Virus record (IMG/VR): IMGVR_UViG_3300030737_000018
Location: 1 to 58,749 of that record
Strand: one strand, 5' to 3'
Length of the DNA: 58,749 nucleotides
From: a virus
Lineage: Duplodnaviria; Caudoviricetes
The translations under genes were made by a program, and so were the position numbers. Below the pieces are notes generated by a model, which ran no database searches, was not told the DNA's origin, and saw only the letters and a program-made list of their open reading frames with translations. This document shows positions 45,545 through 57,000 of the stretch, one piece after another. The first letter of the stretch is position 1, and every line of letters begins with the position of its first letter.

Positions 45545-46251
45545 TCGTGCTTGGTCTTCAAGGAGCGCACACGGGCGATATCCTCATGGCGCTGCCGGCG
45601 ATCGCGGCGCTTTTGGCACGTGGAGAAAAGGTCGGCGTGGCCTGTCCTGAGCCCTTCGCCGAGCCACTGCGCCATCTGCCGGTGACCTGGGCACGCGATA
45701 ACCAAGCGACGGACTTCGCCGACTTCAAACGCAAGCACCATACCGATGCATGGCTTGACCACTTTGGCGTCACCCCGATCAAGATGCCCATCAACCCGCA
45801 GCGCAGTGTGATGGACCCATGCCTCCCGAAAGGGCGCTGGTGTCTGCTGTCGCCGTGGGCGGATGCTCCTGATAAGCGTTGGGATTTGCTGCGCTGGATC
45901 GCTGTAGGCCGAGCGGCCATGCGTGAGGGGTATCAGGTGGCTGTCGTAGGGCCGCAGCGAGCCAACATGCTCGGCATGAAGATCGCCAACGCCTGTGGCG
46001 CAGTAGACCTCGTAGGGCGCTGCACGCCGCGCACCTGGCCTGCACTGTTGGCCCAAGCTTCGCTGGTGATTACCCCGGACACGGGTGCAGGGCATATGGC
46101 TGACGCCTTGAGTGTGCCGGTCATCGGGCTCTATGGTGCGACGCGGCTGTATGACTGTGCCCCCTACTGGGATCGGCGTTACTGCGTGGAGGCTAAGGGT
46201 ATGGACGCGATCAGCACGGCGACGGTGATTGATCAGCTGAGGGCAGCCTGA
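45541..46251 (+). CDS. glycosyltransferase family 9 (ADP-heptose:LPS heptosyltransferase-like)
   Basis: GDILMALPAI.AL; K.W; DLVGR; A.L.IT.DTG..H.A.AL..PVIGLYG.T. Confidence 0.85.
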   Translation: MIVLGLQGAHTGDILMALPAIAALLARGEKVGVACPEPFAEPLRHLPVTWARDNQATDFADFKRKHHTDAWLDHFGVTPIKMPINPQRSVMDPCLPKGRWCLLSPWADAPDKRWDLLRWIAVGRAAMREGYQVAVVGPQRANMLGMKIANACGAVDLVGRCTPRTWPALLAQASLVITPDTGAGHMADALSVPVIGLYGATRLYDCAPYWDRRYCVEAKGMDAISTATVIDQLRAA

Positions 46252-47174
46252 TGGCGAACCTGCTCCTTACTGCGTCGAACTGGAAAGACTTCAATGCCGT
46301 CACGCCACCGGCAGACTGGACAGGCACCCAGTACACCACTGATTTTTCAGCGGGCGGCGGGGCGTTTTTCGAGCTGCAGTTTATTGGCTCCTTCGTTGAC
46401 GGCGACACCTTCACGGCCAATATCACTTCAGAGCCGGCGGGGTCTTCGTTTGGTTCACCGGAGATTTTCAGCGGTGCCGCCTATCTCAACTTCGTCAACA
46501 CCTCGGGCGACGTGGTGTGGGCGTCGCCCGCGTTCAACTCGACAACGCCAACCAGTGTCAACATCCCGGCACAAGCGGGGTCGTTTGTACTGGCGGCTTC
46601 GTCATCGGCCAATGCGGCGCAGCATGCCTATTCTGGCATTATCTTCGTTACCCCCGTTCTACCTCCTGTGCCCGGCCCTGGTTTCGTGCTGGCGACGGGC
46701 GACACGCTTAGCCCCTCCAGCGGCCCTGGCGCACTGACGACGATGCTCCTTCCGACGCTATCTAACATCGTTGGCTCGGCGCCTAGCTATGTCCGCGCGC
46801 CGTGGGGCGCGGCGCTGGTGTTCTACGGTGGTAGTCCGGTGTATTCGCTTCCCCTGCCGGAAGACGTAGGACTTCCTGCCTACGAGGGGGCACCCAAGCA
46901 GAAGTTTACGTGGCGGTCCAAGAAGTTCGTCTTCCCCGGCCAGACCACGTTTGGCGCGGCCAAGGTGGTGCACTCGTGTGCCGGCGGTGGCGTACGCTTC
47001 AAACTGTATATAGACTGCTGCTGTGTCTTCGAGACGGTCGTACGCGGGTGCGTGCCGTTTCGCCTGCCGGCTAACCTCCGGGGCATCACTTGCGAGATCG
47101 AACTATCAGGCTGTTCGCGGGTGACCGAGGTACGCGTGGCTTCATCTATACGGGAGTTGATGGGCGATGAATGA
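46251..47174 (+). CDS. tail nozzle/tubular protein B-like, C-terminal part fused to an extra N-terminal beta domain
   Basis: FTWRSKKF.FP....F.AAKV; V.FKLY.D; PFRLP; EIE.SG...V..V.VA.S..EL. Confidence 0.7.
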   Translation: MANLLLTASNWKDFNAVTPPADWTGTQYTTDFSAGGGAFFELQFIGSFVDGDTFTANITSEPAGSSFGSPEIFSGAAYLNFVNTSGDVVWASPAFNSTTPTSVNIPAQAGSFVLAASSSANAAQHAYSGIIFVTPVLPPVPGPGFVLATGDTLSPSSGPGALTTMLLPTLSNIVGSAPSYVRAPWGAALVFYGGSPVYSLPLPEDVGLPAYEGAPKQKFTWRSKKFVFPGQTTFGAAKVVHSCAGGGVRFKLYIDCCCVFETVVRGCVPFRLPANLRGITCEIELSGCSRVTEVRVASSIRELMGDE

Positions 47175-47688
47175 GCTGGAAAACCGAATCACCGAAGCCT
47201 TCAAGGGCAACAAGCAGTTCGACGAGGACGTGCGTAACGCCATGCACCGTGCACTGCAGCTGGACGAACATAAGAGCAAAGAAGACCCGGCGTCGCAAGC
47301 GCATATGGCCCTGGGATTGCTGGCGCTGGAGGTAGCGGTTTCTCTGGCCAACGCCTTCGCCGGTCTGCGCCGGCCGAACGAGGCGCGCTATGTGCGGCTG
47401 TTCTTTGACATGGTGATCGGCCTCAACGGCAATCTGTTCTGGGGCCAGCATGCGCCGTCGATCATGCCGTTGGTGCACACCATTCTGATGGACCATCTGG
47501 ACTCGGTGAGTCTGCAGATGGAGCGGGGCGAGACGAAGATCAGTCCGTGGGATAAACTGATCATGGGTGCTGAGGCCTCGGTCATGGCACCGTTCTCACA
47601 GATCCTGTTTCTGGTCGGTGGCCCGGCGCTGCAAATGGCCGGCTCCGTGGCGCTCAAGAAAGAGTTGATGCCCCTCCTGATGAAGTGA
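47167..47688 (+). CDS. hypothetical virion-module protein
   Basis: 173-aa helical ORF overlapping the upstream gene. Confidence 0.65.
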   Translation: MNELENRITEAFKGNKQFDEDVRNAMHRALQLDEHKSKEDPASQAHMALGLLALEVAVSLANAFAGLRRPNEARYVRLFFDMVIGLNGNLFWGQHAPSIMPLVHTILMDHLDSVSLQMERGETKISPWDKLIMGAEASVMAPFSQILFLVGGPALQMAGSVALKKELMPLLMK

Positions 47689-47691
47689 CTT

Positions 47692-48510
47692 ATGGCCGCC
47701 GCGGTTTTCGAAACGGATCTGACGGAAATCATCACGCAAGCCGTCGAGGCGGCGGCCATGATTGGTTCTCTGTGGTCGAGCTTTGGCGTCGTGGACTTGG
47801 CGCGCAGCTACTACAACCTCTACAACGCGCAGCGCCAGTTCTACTACTCAACGTTCCAGCAAGGCGCTGAAGCACCGTTGGCCGTGGCCGTCTACAACAC
47901 CCCGATTGCCACGACACAATACGCAGGATCGGCGGCACAACTCTACAGCCCCACTGGTGTGTTCGGCGGCCTGATGGGGGATATCGACGGGTGGTGGGCA
48001 CGGCATAGCCAGATGTTTGGAGCAGAGCAGGCGATACCGATTCTTACCGATGAAGTGGCACAGGACTACATCCTGATCCAGAGCCAGTGGACCAACGTGA
48101 TGTTCCGTTTCGCCGAGGTCAACTTCGATCTGTTGAGCGAGCAGCGCTGGGATCACCGTATGAAGCTGCACAACGTCGCCCTGAAACAGATGTCGACCGT
48201 GCTGGGCGGACTGGCGTCGGCGGTCGAGTCACGCGAGGATACGCTGTCGGATCGAGCATCCAATTTTGCCGATATGTCCAACAGTGCCGCGCAGCGTCGT
48301 GGACTCGTGCAGGGGCACAAAGATGTACAGGCGCGCTACGCGGCGTTGGCAGGTTCGGCAGGGAACAACTATCAGCCACCTGCGGGTGCAGCACGGGCAC
48401 GCACGGGCGCGAGCACTATGCCTTACAGCGCATCGACGTTTGCTTTGAACAGCCCTGGCGCCGTGACGCGTGGACAGCAGCTGGGCCAATCCATGACTAC
48501 GGTGAACTGA
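47692..48510 (+). CDS. putative internal virion (ejection) protein, paralog A
   Basis: Ala/Gly/Gln-rich helical; position after the nozzle; similar to the next gene. Confidence 0.6.
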   Translation: MAAAVFETDLTEIITQAVEAAAMIGSLWSSFGVVDLARSYYNLYNAQRQFYYSTFQQGAEAPLAVAVYNTPIATTQYAGSAAQLYSPTGVFGGLMGDIDGWWARHSQMFGAEQAIPILTDEVAQDYILIQSQWTNVMFRFAEVNFDLLSEQRWDHRMKLHNVALKQMSTVLGGLASAVESREDTLSDRASNFADMSNSAAQRRGLVQGHKDVQARYAALAGSAGNNYQPPAGAARARTGASTMPYSASTFALNSPGAVTRGQQLGQSMTTVN

Positions 48511-48511
48511 G

Positions 48512-49234
48512 ATGGCCGTCGACAACAAGACTTACACCGGCGGTAACCAGACCCAGTGGGGTGCTGACTCTCAAGCCGTCTCGGATATGTCGGGTGGCAA
48601 GTCGGCGGGCGGCATGCGCGGCATCGGCCTCATCGCCTTTGTCCTCGGGCAGATATTCCTCAACAACAAAGCCCTCGACCTGTCGCAGGACTACTACAAC
48701 ACCAACAAGCAGGACTTTGACTTTTTCCAGCACACGCACCAGGCGCCCATGGCCGCCAGTGCAGCGGAGGCGTTCAACCCCACTGACAACCCGACCTACC
48801 AGCAGGATCTCTATGTCGCGACCCCAGCGGCGGCGGCTCGCGTGGCGGAGATGGACCGCCAGTGGCTGATGGCCCGCAAGAGCCTGTCACGGTACGCTAC
48901 CGGTGCGGGTAAGCGGCTGGACTACGAGTATGCCAAGAATCGCGTACAACAGATGGCTGCGAACTGGTACATGGGATTCCGCAGTGAGCTGACCTATGCG
49001 CAGGATCACAACGAGCGGCAGTTCAACCGGCAGGTGATGGTCGTTAACATTGGCATCGGCGCAGCGAATGAAGTGGCGAAGGGACTAGCCTCGGCAGAGA
49101 GTGGGCTGAACAAAGCGTATACTCAGGCCGGGAACCAGCTCGGCTCCATGGCTAGCGGGTTATCGGGGTCGATCGGGCAGAAGCAGGGGCAGGCTGATAC
49201 CAAAGCCACTTACAAGTCAATCACAGGATCTTGA
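48512..49234 (+). CDS. putative internal virion (ejection) protein, paralog B
   Basis: Hydrophobic GIGLIAFVLGQIFL; shares motifs with the upstream gene. Confidence 0.6.
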   Translation: MAVDNKTYTGGNQTQWGADSQAVSDMSGGKSAGGMRGIGLIAFVLGQIFLNNKALDLSQDYYNTNKQDFDFFQHTHQAPMAASAAEAFNPTDNPTYQQDLYVATPAAAARVAEMDRQWLMARKSLSRYATGAGKRLDYEYAKNRVQQMAANWYMGFRSELTYAQDHNERQFNRQVMVVNIGIGAANEVAKGLASAESGLNKAYTQAGNQLGSMASGLSGSIGQKQGQADTKATYKSITGS

Positions 49235-49237
49235 GCC

Positions 49238-50023
49238 ATGGCTGATTACGTCAATCCCTTTGGTGGCTACGCCCAGGGCTATACGCAGGGATCGGAGCTG
49301 GAAGATCGTTTGCAGCAGAACGCACGGCAGGCGCGGCAAGCGGATTGGGAAAACCGATACATCAATCCAGACAAGGCTCAGCAGTCGCATGTCGCTACGC
49401 GCGAGGCGCAAGCGCAGGAACCGTACTACAACCAAGGGCTGCAGCCAGCACTGGACGCCTTGAAGGCAGACTCCTTCATGAAGCAGCTCGGCGCAGGTAC
49501 ACAAGCCGCAGACATTACGGGCAACGCGGTCGGTGTCCAGAACTCCTTCCTGAAGAACTACGGGCAAAACACAGGGGCAACTGACGCTGACATCGTGGGG
49601 GCCGTGCGCCTTCCTGCGGCAGAGAACTTCGCGCTCGGTTTAGGGCGTAATCAAGCCCTACAGACGACGGCGGGAGCACGGGGGGAAGCAGCCGATGCGT
49701 CGATGCAGCGAGCGCTCTATCCTGTCGCTCCGGCGCCTGCTGCGGGTGGGTACGACTACAAAGGGGCGTTGAACCCCTTCGGTACGCCTGCGGTGCCTGC
49801 GGCAGGAGCGACGCCAGCACCCCCACCTGAAGGCAGCGACGCACCGGGGGTTAACCCCCAAGGCTCCGCGATCACGCCGTTCCACCAGTTGGACCCGATG
49901 GCCCAGGCACACGCCATTCACTACACCAGTCAGCTAACTGGGCATCCCCCGGAAGCCGTTGCGCAGCACATCGCTTCGCAGATGCCGAGGAGCAATTTCA
50001 GCACTGACCAGCAGACGGCGTAA
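49238..50023 (+). CDS. putative internal virion protein
   Basis: FGGYAQGY.QG N-terminus; Gln/Ala-rich. Confidence 0.6.
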   Translation: MADYVNPFGGYAQGYTQGSELEDRLQQNARQARQADWENRYINPDKAQQSHVATREAQAQEPYYNQGLQPALDALKADSFMKQLGAGTQAADITGNAVGVQNSFLKNYGQNTGATDADIVGAVRLPAAENFALGLGRNQALQTTAGARGEAADASMQRALYPVAPAPAAGGYDYKGALNPFGTPAVPAAGATPAPPPEGSDAPGVNPQGSAITPFHQLDPMAQAHAIHYTSQLTGHPPEAVAQHIASQMPRSNFSTDQQTA

Positions 50024-50745
50024 TGGTCTCCTCTATCGACCAGATCCTCGGTCAATACGGTCTAGGCGCCAGCACGCCGGGGGCGACGACGGCCGCGGAT
50101 AATCTCGGTGCGCAAAGCACGCCGTCGCCGGGCGCAGGACCTGTTGACCCCGCTATCGGACAAGACCCCGTGGCGAACCTGCGACAGGCCGTGGACTATG
50201 CTAAGCAATTGGGCGAGCAGGCGCGGAGCAGTATTCACGCCGGCGCACAAGTCGCTGCCAAAGCGCCAGGTATCGTTGGCACCCTCGGTACAGCAGCCGC
50301 ACAAGCCACCGCCCCTACGCCCGCCCCGGTGGACGCACCTTTCGTCGCCAGCCTCATCAAGCAGCACGAGTCCGGCGGTAACTACTCGGCAGTGAATCAT
50401 GACCGCCCTGGCAACACGGCGTCGGGCGCGTATCAGTACACGGACCCGACGTGGAATGGCTATGGTGGCTATCGTAGCGCCGCTCTCGCGCCTCGGGCAG
50501 TGCAGGACCAACGGGCGACGCAGGACATAGCGGCTAACTTGCAGAAGTACAATGGTGACGCGTTCAAGGCGATCGCCCATCACTACCTGCCCGCCGCGGC
50601 GAACGACCCCGCAACGTGGTCGCAACCCTATAAACTACCCAACGGGCACACGGTCGCGCCGGTGCTGGATTACGTCAAGGCTACGGTCGCCAACACACCA
50701 CTGCAGGGGCAACTCGATGCGTACCTCCGACACTACACTGGCTGA
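50023..50745 (+). CDS. virion-associated lytic transglycosylase (lysozyme-like fold)
   Basis: I.QHESGGNY.A.N; TASGAYQY...TW; AP..VQD. Confidence 0.8.
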   Translation: MVSSIDQILGQYGLGASTPGATTAADNLGAQSTPSPGAGPVDPAIGQDPVANLRQAVDYAKQLGEQARSSIHAGAQVAAKAPGIVGTLGTAAAQATAPTPAPVDAPFVASLIKQHESGGNYSAVNHDRPGNTASGAYQYTDPTWNGYGGYRSAALAPRAVQDQRATQDIAANLQKYNGDAFKAIAHHYLPAAANDPATWSQPYKLPNGHTVAPVLDYVKATVANTPLQGQLDAYLRHYTG

Positions 50746-51061
50746 TGTCAACCCCAAGGATGGCGGGAACTCACTGGTCAACGAGCTGCTGAAATACAAC
50801 GTCGCCTACGATGAGGCGGTCGAAGGCGTCACCGAGGAAAACCCCTTCCTCACCTATTACGCCGGTGATGCGCTCAGCGTCGAGTTTCCCGGCTCGTTGC
50901 GTGAAGCCTCGGACGACCACCGCTCGCTCTATATCGTCGCACCGGATAACCCGATCGAGTCCTTCAGTCTGCTCGCACGCAAGGTCATCCCCAACACGCT
51001 GGCAAAGCTGCCCAAGAGCGCCCTGCGCAAGGCCCTCGGCACCCTACTGGATAACGCATGA
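50717..51061 (+). CDS. hypothetical acidic protein
   Basis: Fills the gap before the giant gene with an ATGA overlap; start uncertain. Confidence 0.55.
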   Translation: MRTSDTTLADVNPKDGGNSLVNELLKYNVAYDEAVEGVTEENPFLTYYAGDALSVEFPGSLREASDDHRSLYIVAPDNPIESFSLLARKVIPNTLAKLPKSALRKALGTLLDNA

Positions 51062-54000
51062 TGGACAGCACACAGACGGCGGTTGATCCTTCGGCACCGA
51101 ACCATGCCTCCGATGCAGACGTCAACAACTACATGGCTGGCCGTCTGCAGCAGATGCAGGCGCTTATGCCGCCCCCGGTGGATTCGAACGGTGCTCCAGG
51201 CGGCGCACCGCCCCCCGGCCCTAGGCCACCTCCGACGCCTGCTGTCGACGCTCCGAGCTGGAACGATGAGCTGAGCGCGGCAGAGAAGGCTAATGGAGGT
51301 AAGCCGCTGGAGCCAGACAAGCTGCAGGACTTGTCCAATGCCCACTGGGCACGCTCGACGCTGCCTTCGCTCTACCTGGCCAACAAGACGTTGCCGGTGG
51401 CGAAAGTCGCTGCGTTGAAGAACGCCTATGACGCCAACTTCAAACAGTTTGCTGATCAATACCACGCCAAGAACGGCGCAGCAGTCCCACCTTCAAGCAG
51501 CGCAGCTGCCGATTTTCTGAAGTCAGCTGCCGGCTCTATCGGTCAAGGGCTGCTGGAGGCCGGACGTTATATTCCTGGCGGTATCGCCGCTACCACCGAT
51601 GATCTCTACAACGCCGTGCATGGCACCACCGGCAACCCGCAGGCAGATGCCTACTTCGACTGGTACAACAAGAATGTCGATACACCGGGGCGAGAGGATG
51701 CGCTGAAGAAGATGCAGAGCGATGCAGCCGCCAGCTCCCCGGTCTCTGCCTTTGTAGGGCAGCTTCCGGGGGCGATCGCTTCGGGTGGCACGCTGCCCGC
51801 CTTGAACGCCGTAGCTAATGAACGCGATGCGGGGGGCACCATAGGGCAGCAAGAAGCCACACTCGGCCTGAATACCGCAGCGAACCTCGCTGGCATGGGC
51901 ATTGGTGGTGGCCTCACGGGCACGCTGGGCCGTCGTCTGCTCAAAGGCGGCCTAGCCAATACGGCATTGGGCGTAGGCCAGACGGTCGGGTCCAATCTGA
52001 TCGATCCCAAGAACAACCCCATCGACGCCAAGAACGTAGCCATGCAGGTCGCGCTGGGCACGGCGCTGGGTGAACTAGGGCATCAGGTCAATACCCGTGT
52101 AGCAGCCAACAAATTCGCTGGTGCTGAAGGCCACGCTTCTACCGACCCTGCCTACGCAGCGCGTAAAGCCTATGCGATGGCTGGCGGCGACCCCACAACG
52201 TATGCTCCGGGCATGACACCTCCCAATGGGGAGACTACACAGGCCAAGACCCAATTCAAGGCAGCCGCGGCCGCAAAAGCAGCGTGGGCAAAAGCGGGTG
52301 GCGACCCCAAGGCATATGGACCTGCTCCTGGTCCTGTCGATCTTTCTGGCAAACCTGTGGTGGATAGCCAGGGTAAGCCCGTCCAAGTGGCCGACGGCAT
52401 CGAGTTGCCGACTAATCCTAATGTCCCCACAGGCGCCGGCATACCCGACGCACAGCACGCCAAGATCGTGGCGGAGGCATCAAGTCGAGCCGCCACACCT
52501 GCGGGCGTAGCGACAGCGAAACTGGCAGCTACCCGATCCGACGCCGCGGCGGAGATAGTAGCCACGGCACAGAACACAGCGAAGAAAGCCGCGGGTCCGG
52601 CTTGGGACGCCATGACCCCGCTGCAGCAGCATGCCGCGACTGAGGCGGCGGCGGTTACGCTGAACCGCGTAGCGAAAGCCGAGGGTGTTCCCGGACTGCT
52701 GGACCAGCAAAGACAAGCGGCAACAGCGGCAGGCCAACCTACTCCAACGGTGACTGAGACAGGCCAGCCGGATATTCAGGGCCAAGCCCCCGGCATGCCG
52801 GGCGCACCGCCGCAGGCCGCACCACAAAGCGAGCCGGGTGCCCCGGCCGAAGAAGTGCCGGGGCAAGAATCGGGTGAACCCCTCACGCCCCATCCCGAGC
52901 TGGGACAGAACCTGGCCGCCGAAGCCATGGGTGGCGATCAAGCCGCGAGTCCGCTGGACACCGCACCGAAAGACCCACTGGACCAGACGGCAGCCCAAGC
53001 CGATACGCTGCAGAACAAGCAGCTGCACTCGGCGCTGGATCAGGCGCTGACCAAGATCCGCAAGGGAGTACGCACAGCATACCCGACCAACAAACTCGCC
53101 AAGATGACCTTGGAGGAGAAGTACGCGGCCTACCAGAAGGAGACGACACCGACACCGAGTGCGACCAAGAGCGAAGCGGTGCCCGGTGAAACTATGGGCA
53201 ATATCAGCCCTGAAGGAAAGATCAGCATCCGCCACCGCGATGGCAGTGTAGAGAATGTGCGTAATCCAGCGCGGCCTGACGTTGAAGCCGCTGCCGCGAA
53301 AGTGGACGCCCCCGGCATCAACAAGATCAATGATCTTGGCCACCCACGGCAACTGGGCGAGCCGCTCAGCAGCAAGACGCCGGTGGTCACGACCAAGGAC
53401 GTGCACCTCGCCGGCGGCGTCAGCCAGGACGGCAATACGATCTACATCGACCAGCGGATGCCCAAGTACGTCAACGTGGGCGGCCGGCGGATCAACGTCC
53501 ATGAGGCGGTGGCATTGCACGAACGTGTCGAGTGGCCCCTGATGAAGGAGATGGGTGCGGTCTATCACGACGCGCACGACGCCGCCACGGCGGCGGAGAA
53601 TCACTTCATCCGCCAGAAGTACGGCGTCGACCCGCTCAAATATCAGGATGCCTTAAAGGCCGCGATCAAGAAGGCCGGCATAGAGAACCGCCACCCCAGC
53701 GCTGACATCCCCGCCGATCTGGACAGCCAGCCCAATGTGGACTTGGGCGACACAGCACCCTTGGAGGGGAAAGTCGTCCCTCAACGAGCCGGCCTACGGG
53801 CAAAAAAAGCCCCGGCTCCAGTGGAAGCAAACCCGCTGGAGCCAACCGCCTCAAGCGAAGCCGCTGATGTTGTAGGCCAGACGCTTGAGGGCAAAGTCAC
53901 GCCCGCCGATCTGGCCGACGTGCGAACCATGGTGGAGCGTGCCCAGAACGGCCTGCCCGAAGACCTGCACGCGCGTATCCACGAGATGCGTGAAGACGAC

Positions 54001-57000
54001 GTCATTACCGCCAACGAGGCCAAGGCGCTGCGGCAGGCGGGGCGAGAGACACCCCGTAACACCGCCGAGCGGGACACGGGCGTAACGAAGGCAGTCGACG
54101 CTGGTCACGAAGAGCTGCTGGAGGATGCCCAGCGCAGTGAACCCCCGACGACCGATCTCGGCCGGGCTGCCGATGAGGTGGCGCGGGCGGCGGATGAGAT
54201 TCCTACAGGTCTCAAGAGTGACCGCGCGCGTGCGGCGGAGACTATCGCCAAGCTGCGCAAGCTGTTCCCCGACAGCCCTAACCATCAGAAGGGTATCGAC
54301 TTTCTCGCGTGGACGCTGGGCAAGAACCCGGCGCTGATCCGCACCATCAAGGGCGTAGCGCGTACCCCCGAAGGGGTGAACTACGGCGGGCGCTTCGGCT
54401 CCGTCTCGCGCATCCTGGAGCTGGTCGATCGCAAGGACATGGCGCCCAACACTGCCGTGCACGAGCTGATGCACGCGGCCGAGTCGCTGCTGCCGCAACC
54501 GATCCGCGACGCCGTGCTCAAAGCGAGAGAGGCCGAGATCAACCGTCTGGCACCGCAAGCCGCCCCGGCCGAGAAGGCCATGTTTGAGTACCTGCAGAAC
54601 GGCCTCAAGGCGTCCAGCCCCGAGGAGCGGGCGCTGTATATGCAGGGTGCGAAGGACGAGCTGCTGCATCTGCGCGACAGTCAGGGTGCCACCGGCAAGC
54701 GTATCGGTGAACTCTACTCGCTGGTCAACAGCTCTGAATACTGGGCCGTGCACGCTACTGACATGCTGCAGGAAGGCTATCTGCGCAAGGGGCTGTGGGC
54801 ACAGGCGCACCAGTGGCTCAAGGGCTTCATCGAGCAGATCCGCTCGCTGTTCAGCGGCAACCCGAACCGCGACGCCATCATCAACGGCCTGCAGCACATC
54901 ATGGGGACGCAGGAGACCGGCACCCAGAGCTTCCTGCGCGACTACGAGCTGACCAAGGAGCGATACGCCGGCCAGCCGGATGGTCTGACGCCTGTGGCCG
55001 CTATGGGGCAATTGCATGACCTAGTGATGGACGCAGCAGACGAGCATGAGAACCAGATCGAGCGCTCCCGCGACATCGCCACTAAGTTCGAGGAGACGGT
55101 CGCTGACCAGAAAGCGTTCCTGTTCAAAGCGCAGGAGGGGCTGCGCCGCATCCTTGGCGTCGACGCCATCAAGCAGGCACACGACCTGGTGGACGCTGCC
55201 CGGCTCCTGAGCGGCGATCGTGGCTGGCTGGTCAAGAAGGCCATGACGGATTATGGCCATACTTTTGAGGCGACCTTCGCTGCGCACAGCGACGCCATCG
55301 ACATTGACCCGGTACGCGCGGCAGATAAGCTCGGCATGTTCACCCAGGCGCGGCACACCGTAGAAGCCCTCTACCCCGAGATGTACCGCCGCGAGGTGCC
55401 GCTCAACAATGGCGAAGAGATGTCGCGCCAGGAATTGAACGAGCAGTTGAAGAACCTGACGATCGCACCGAAAGAATATCGGAAGCAGATGACCGACTTA
55501 GTGCGTCAGAATGCCAGCCAGCCTTTCAATGAATGGGCACATAGTAAGTACGGCAAGCTGTTCGAGCAGTACAAGAGCAAGCTCAAGGAGCTTACGGACC
55601 AAGGCGTCCGCGCGGCTGTCGAGAAACACTTCGATGGCCCCATGCAGGCAATCAACGAAGAGTCTATTCGCCTCAACCATGCCTCGGGCCGGGTAGCCAC
55701 AGACGATCCGTATATCGAGGCTAATGGCTTCCCGCATTACGTCCCGCTGCGTGGGCACGCACTTGACGGCACCTCCATGGACGAAGCCGCTCCGACGGAC
55801 GATTTCGGATCTATCCGCCGCCCATGGCTCAACTCTGGCAACATCGCCAAGGAGATGAAGACAGTCAAGGGGCGGGCGACATGGGCGCAGAACTCCGCGC
55901 TTAGTCTGCTTTCCCGCATGCAGGAAGCGGCTCGCGGCGTCGCAGATGGCCGCTTCACCAAGACACTGCTCGATACGGTTACCGCACATGGCGAGGCGCT
56001 CCAGACCAAGGCTGAGACGCTGGAGAAGGCACTCGGCGCGGAGACCAACGAGGCGCGTAAGGCAGCTCTGGCCAAGCAGCTGCAGGAAGTCAAAGCCAGC
56101 GAATTCTCCAACACTACGGTGCGCTCTTTCACGGGTACGCCGCGGGATGGCTATGACGACATAGCGACGGGGCAGCACTACGACGAGATGCCTAAAGTGC
56201 CCAACTCGGTCGTGCACCACGAAGGACGCGAGCACTACCTTATCCAGTTCCCCGAGAACAGCGACACGTACCGTGGGCTACAGGCGATCAACACCAACTA
56301 CGATCCGCGCGAGTTCCCCATGATCGGGAATGTGCTGGGCTTCGTGGAGCATCAGGTACACAAGGTAACGCGCCCCTTGAAGCTGGGCGAGCCGACGCAT
56401 TTGATCGGCAAGAGCACGGCATTCATCGCGCGGACCAACACTGTGTTTAACCCGGTGTTCACTGTGGGCAAACTCCTGCTGCGCCTGCTGCAAGAGAAGG
56501 GCGTCATGTTCTCGATCCAGAACGCGAAGGGTCCGATCGACAGTGGTGTGATGCTTGCTAAGGTCTATGCGAATTATCTGGGCGGCGTTTTTCACAAGGG
56601 CACAGGCGAGGCTCTTGTGCTGATGCTGAAGCATGACAACGCGGGGCTGCGCGCTCTAGGCGCCAAAGATCCGGATAGTTTCGCCGGCTTGATGATGCGC
56701 ATGAATGAGGCTGGCGCGTCGACTGAGTTCAATCAAGAGATCACCATGCACGAGCAACGTAACGTGCTGGTGATGGCGGCGCTGCGCAAGCAGCAGAACC
56801 TGCTTTTCAGAGGCGTTCGCGCCGGGTCTAATGCGCTGTCGGGACTGGCCGATATCGCCGAGAATATCCCCAGCGTGGGTATCTTCCGTTACCTGACCCA
56901 GAAGGGCATGAGCGACCGGGAAGCCGCTGCGCGTGTCAAGGGGTCCTTCGATCTGCAGCAGCGCGGCACGGCAGGTAAAGCGATCAACGGCGTGCATGCG

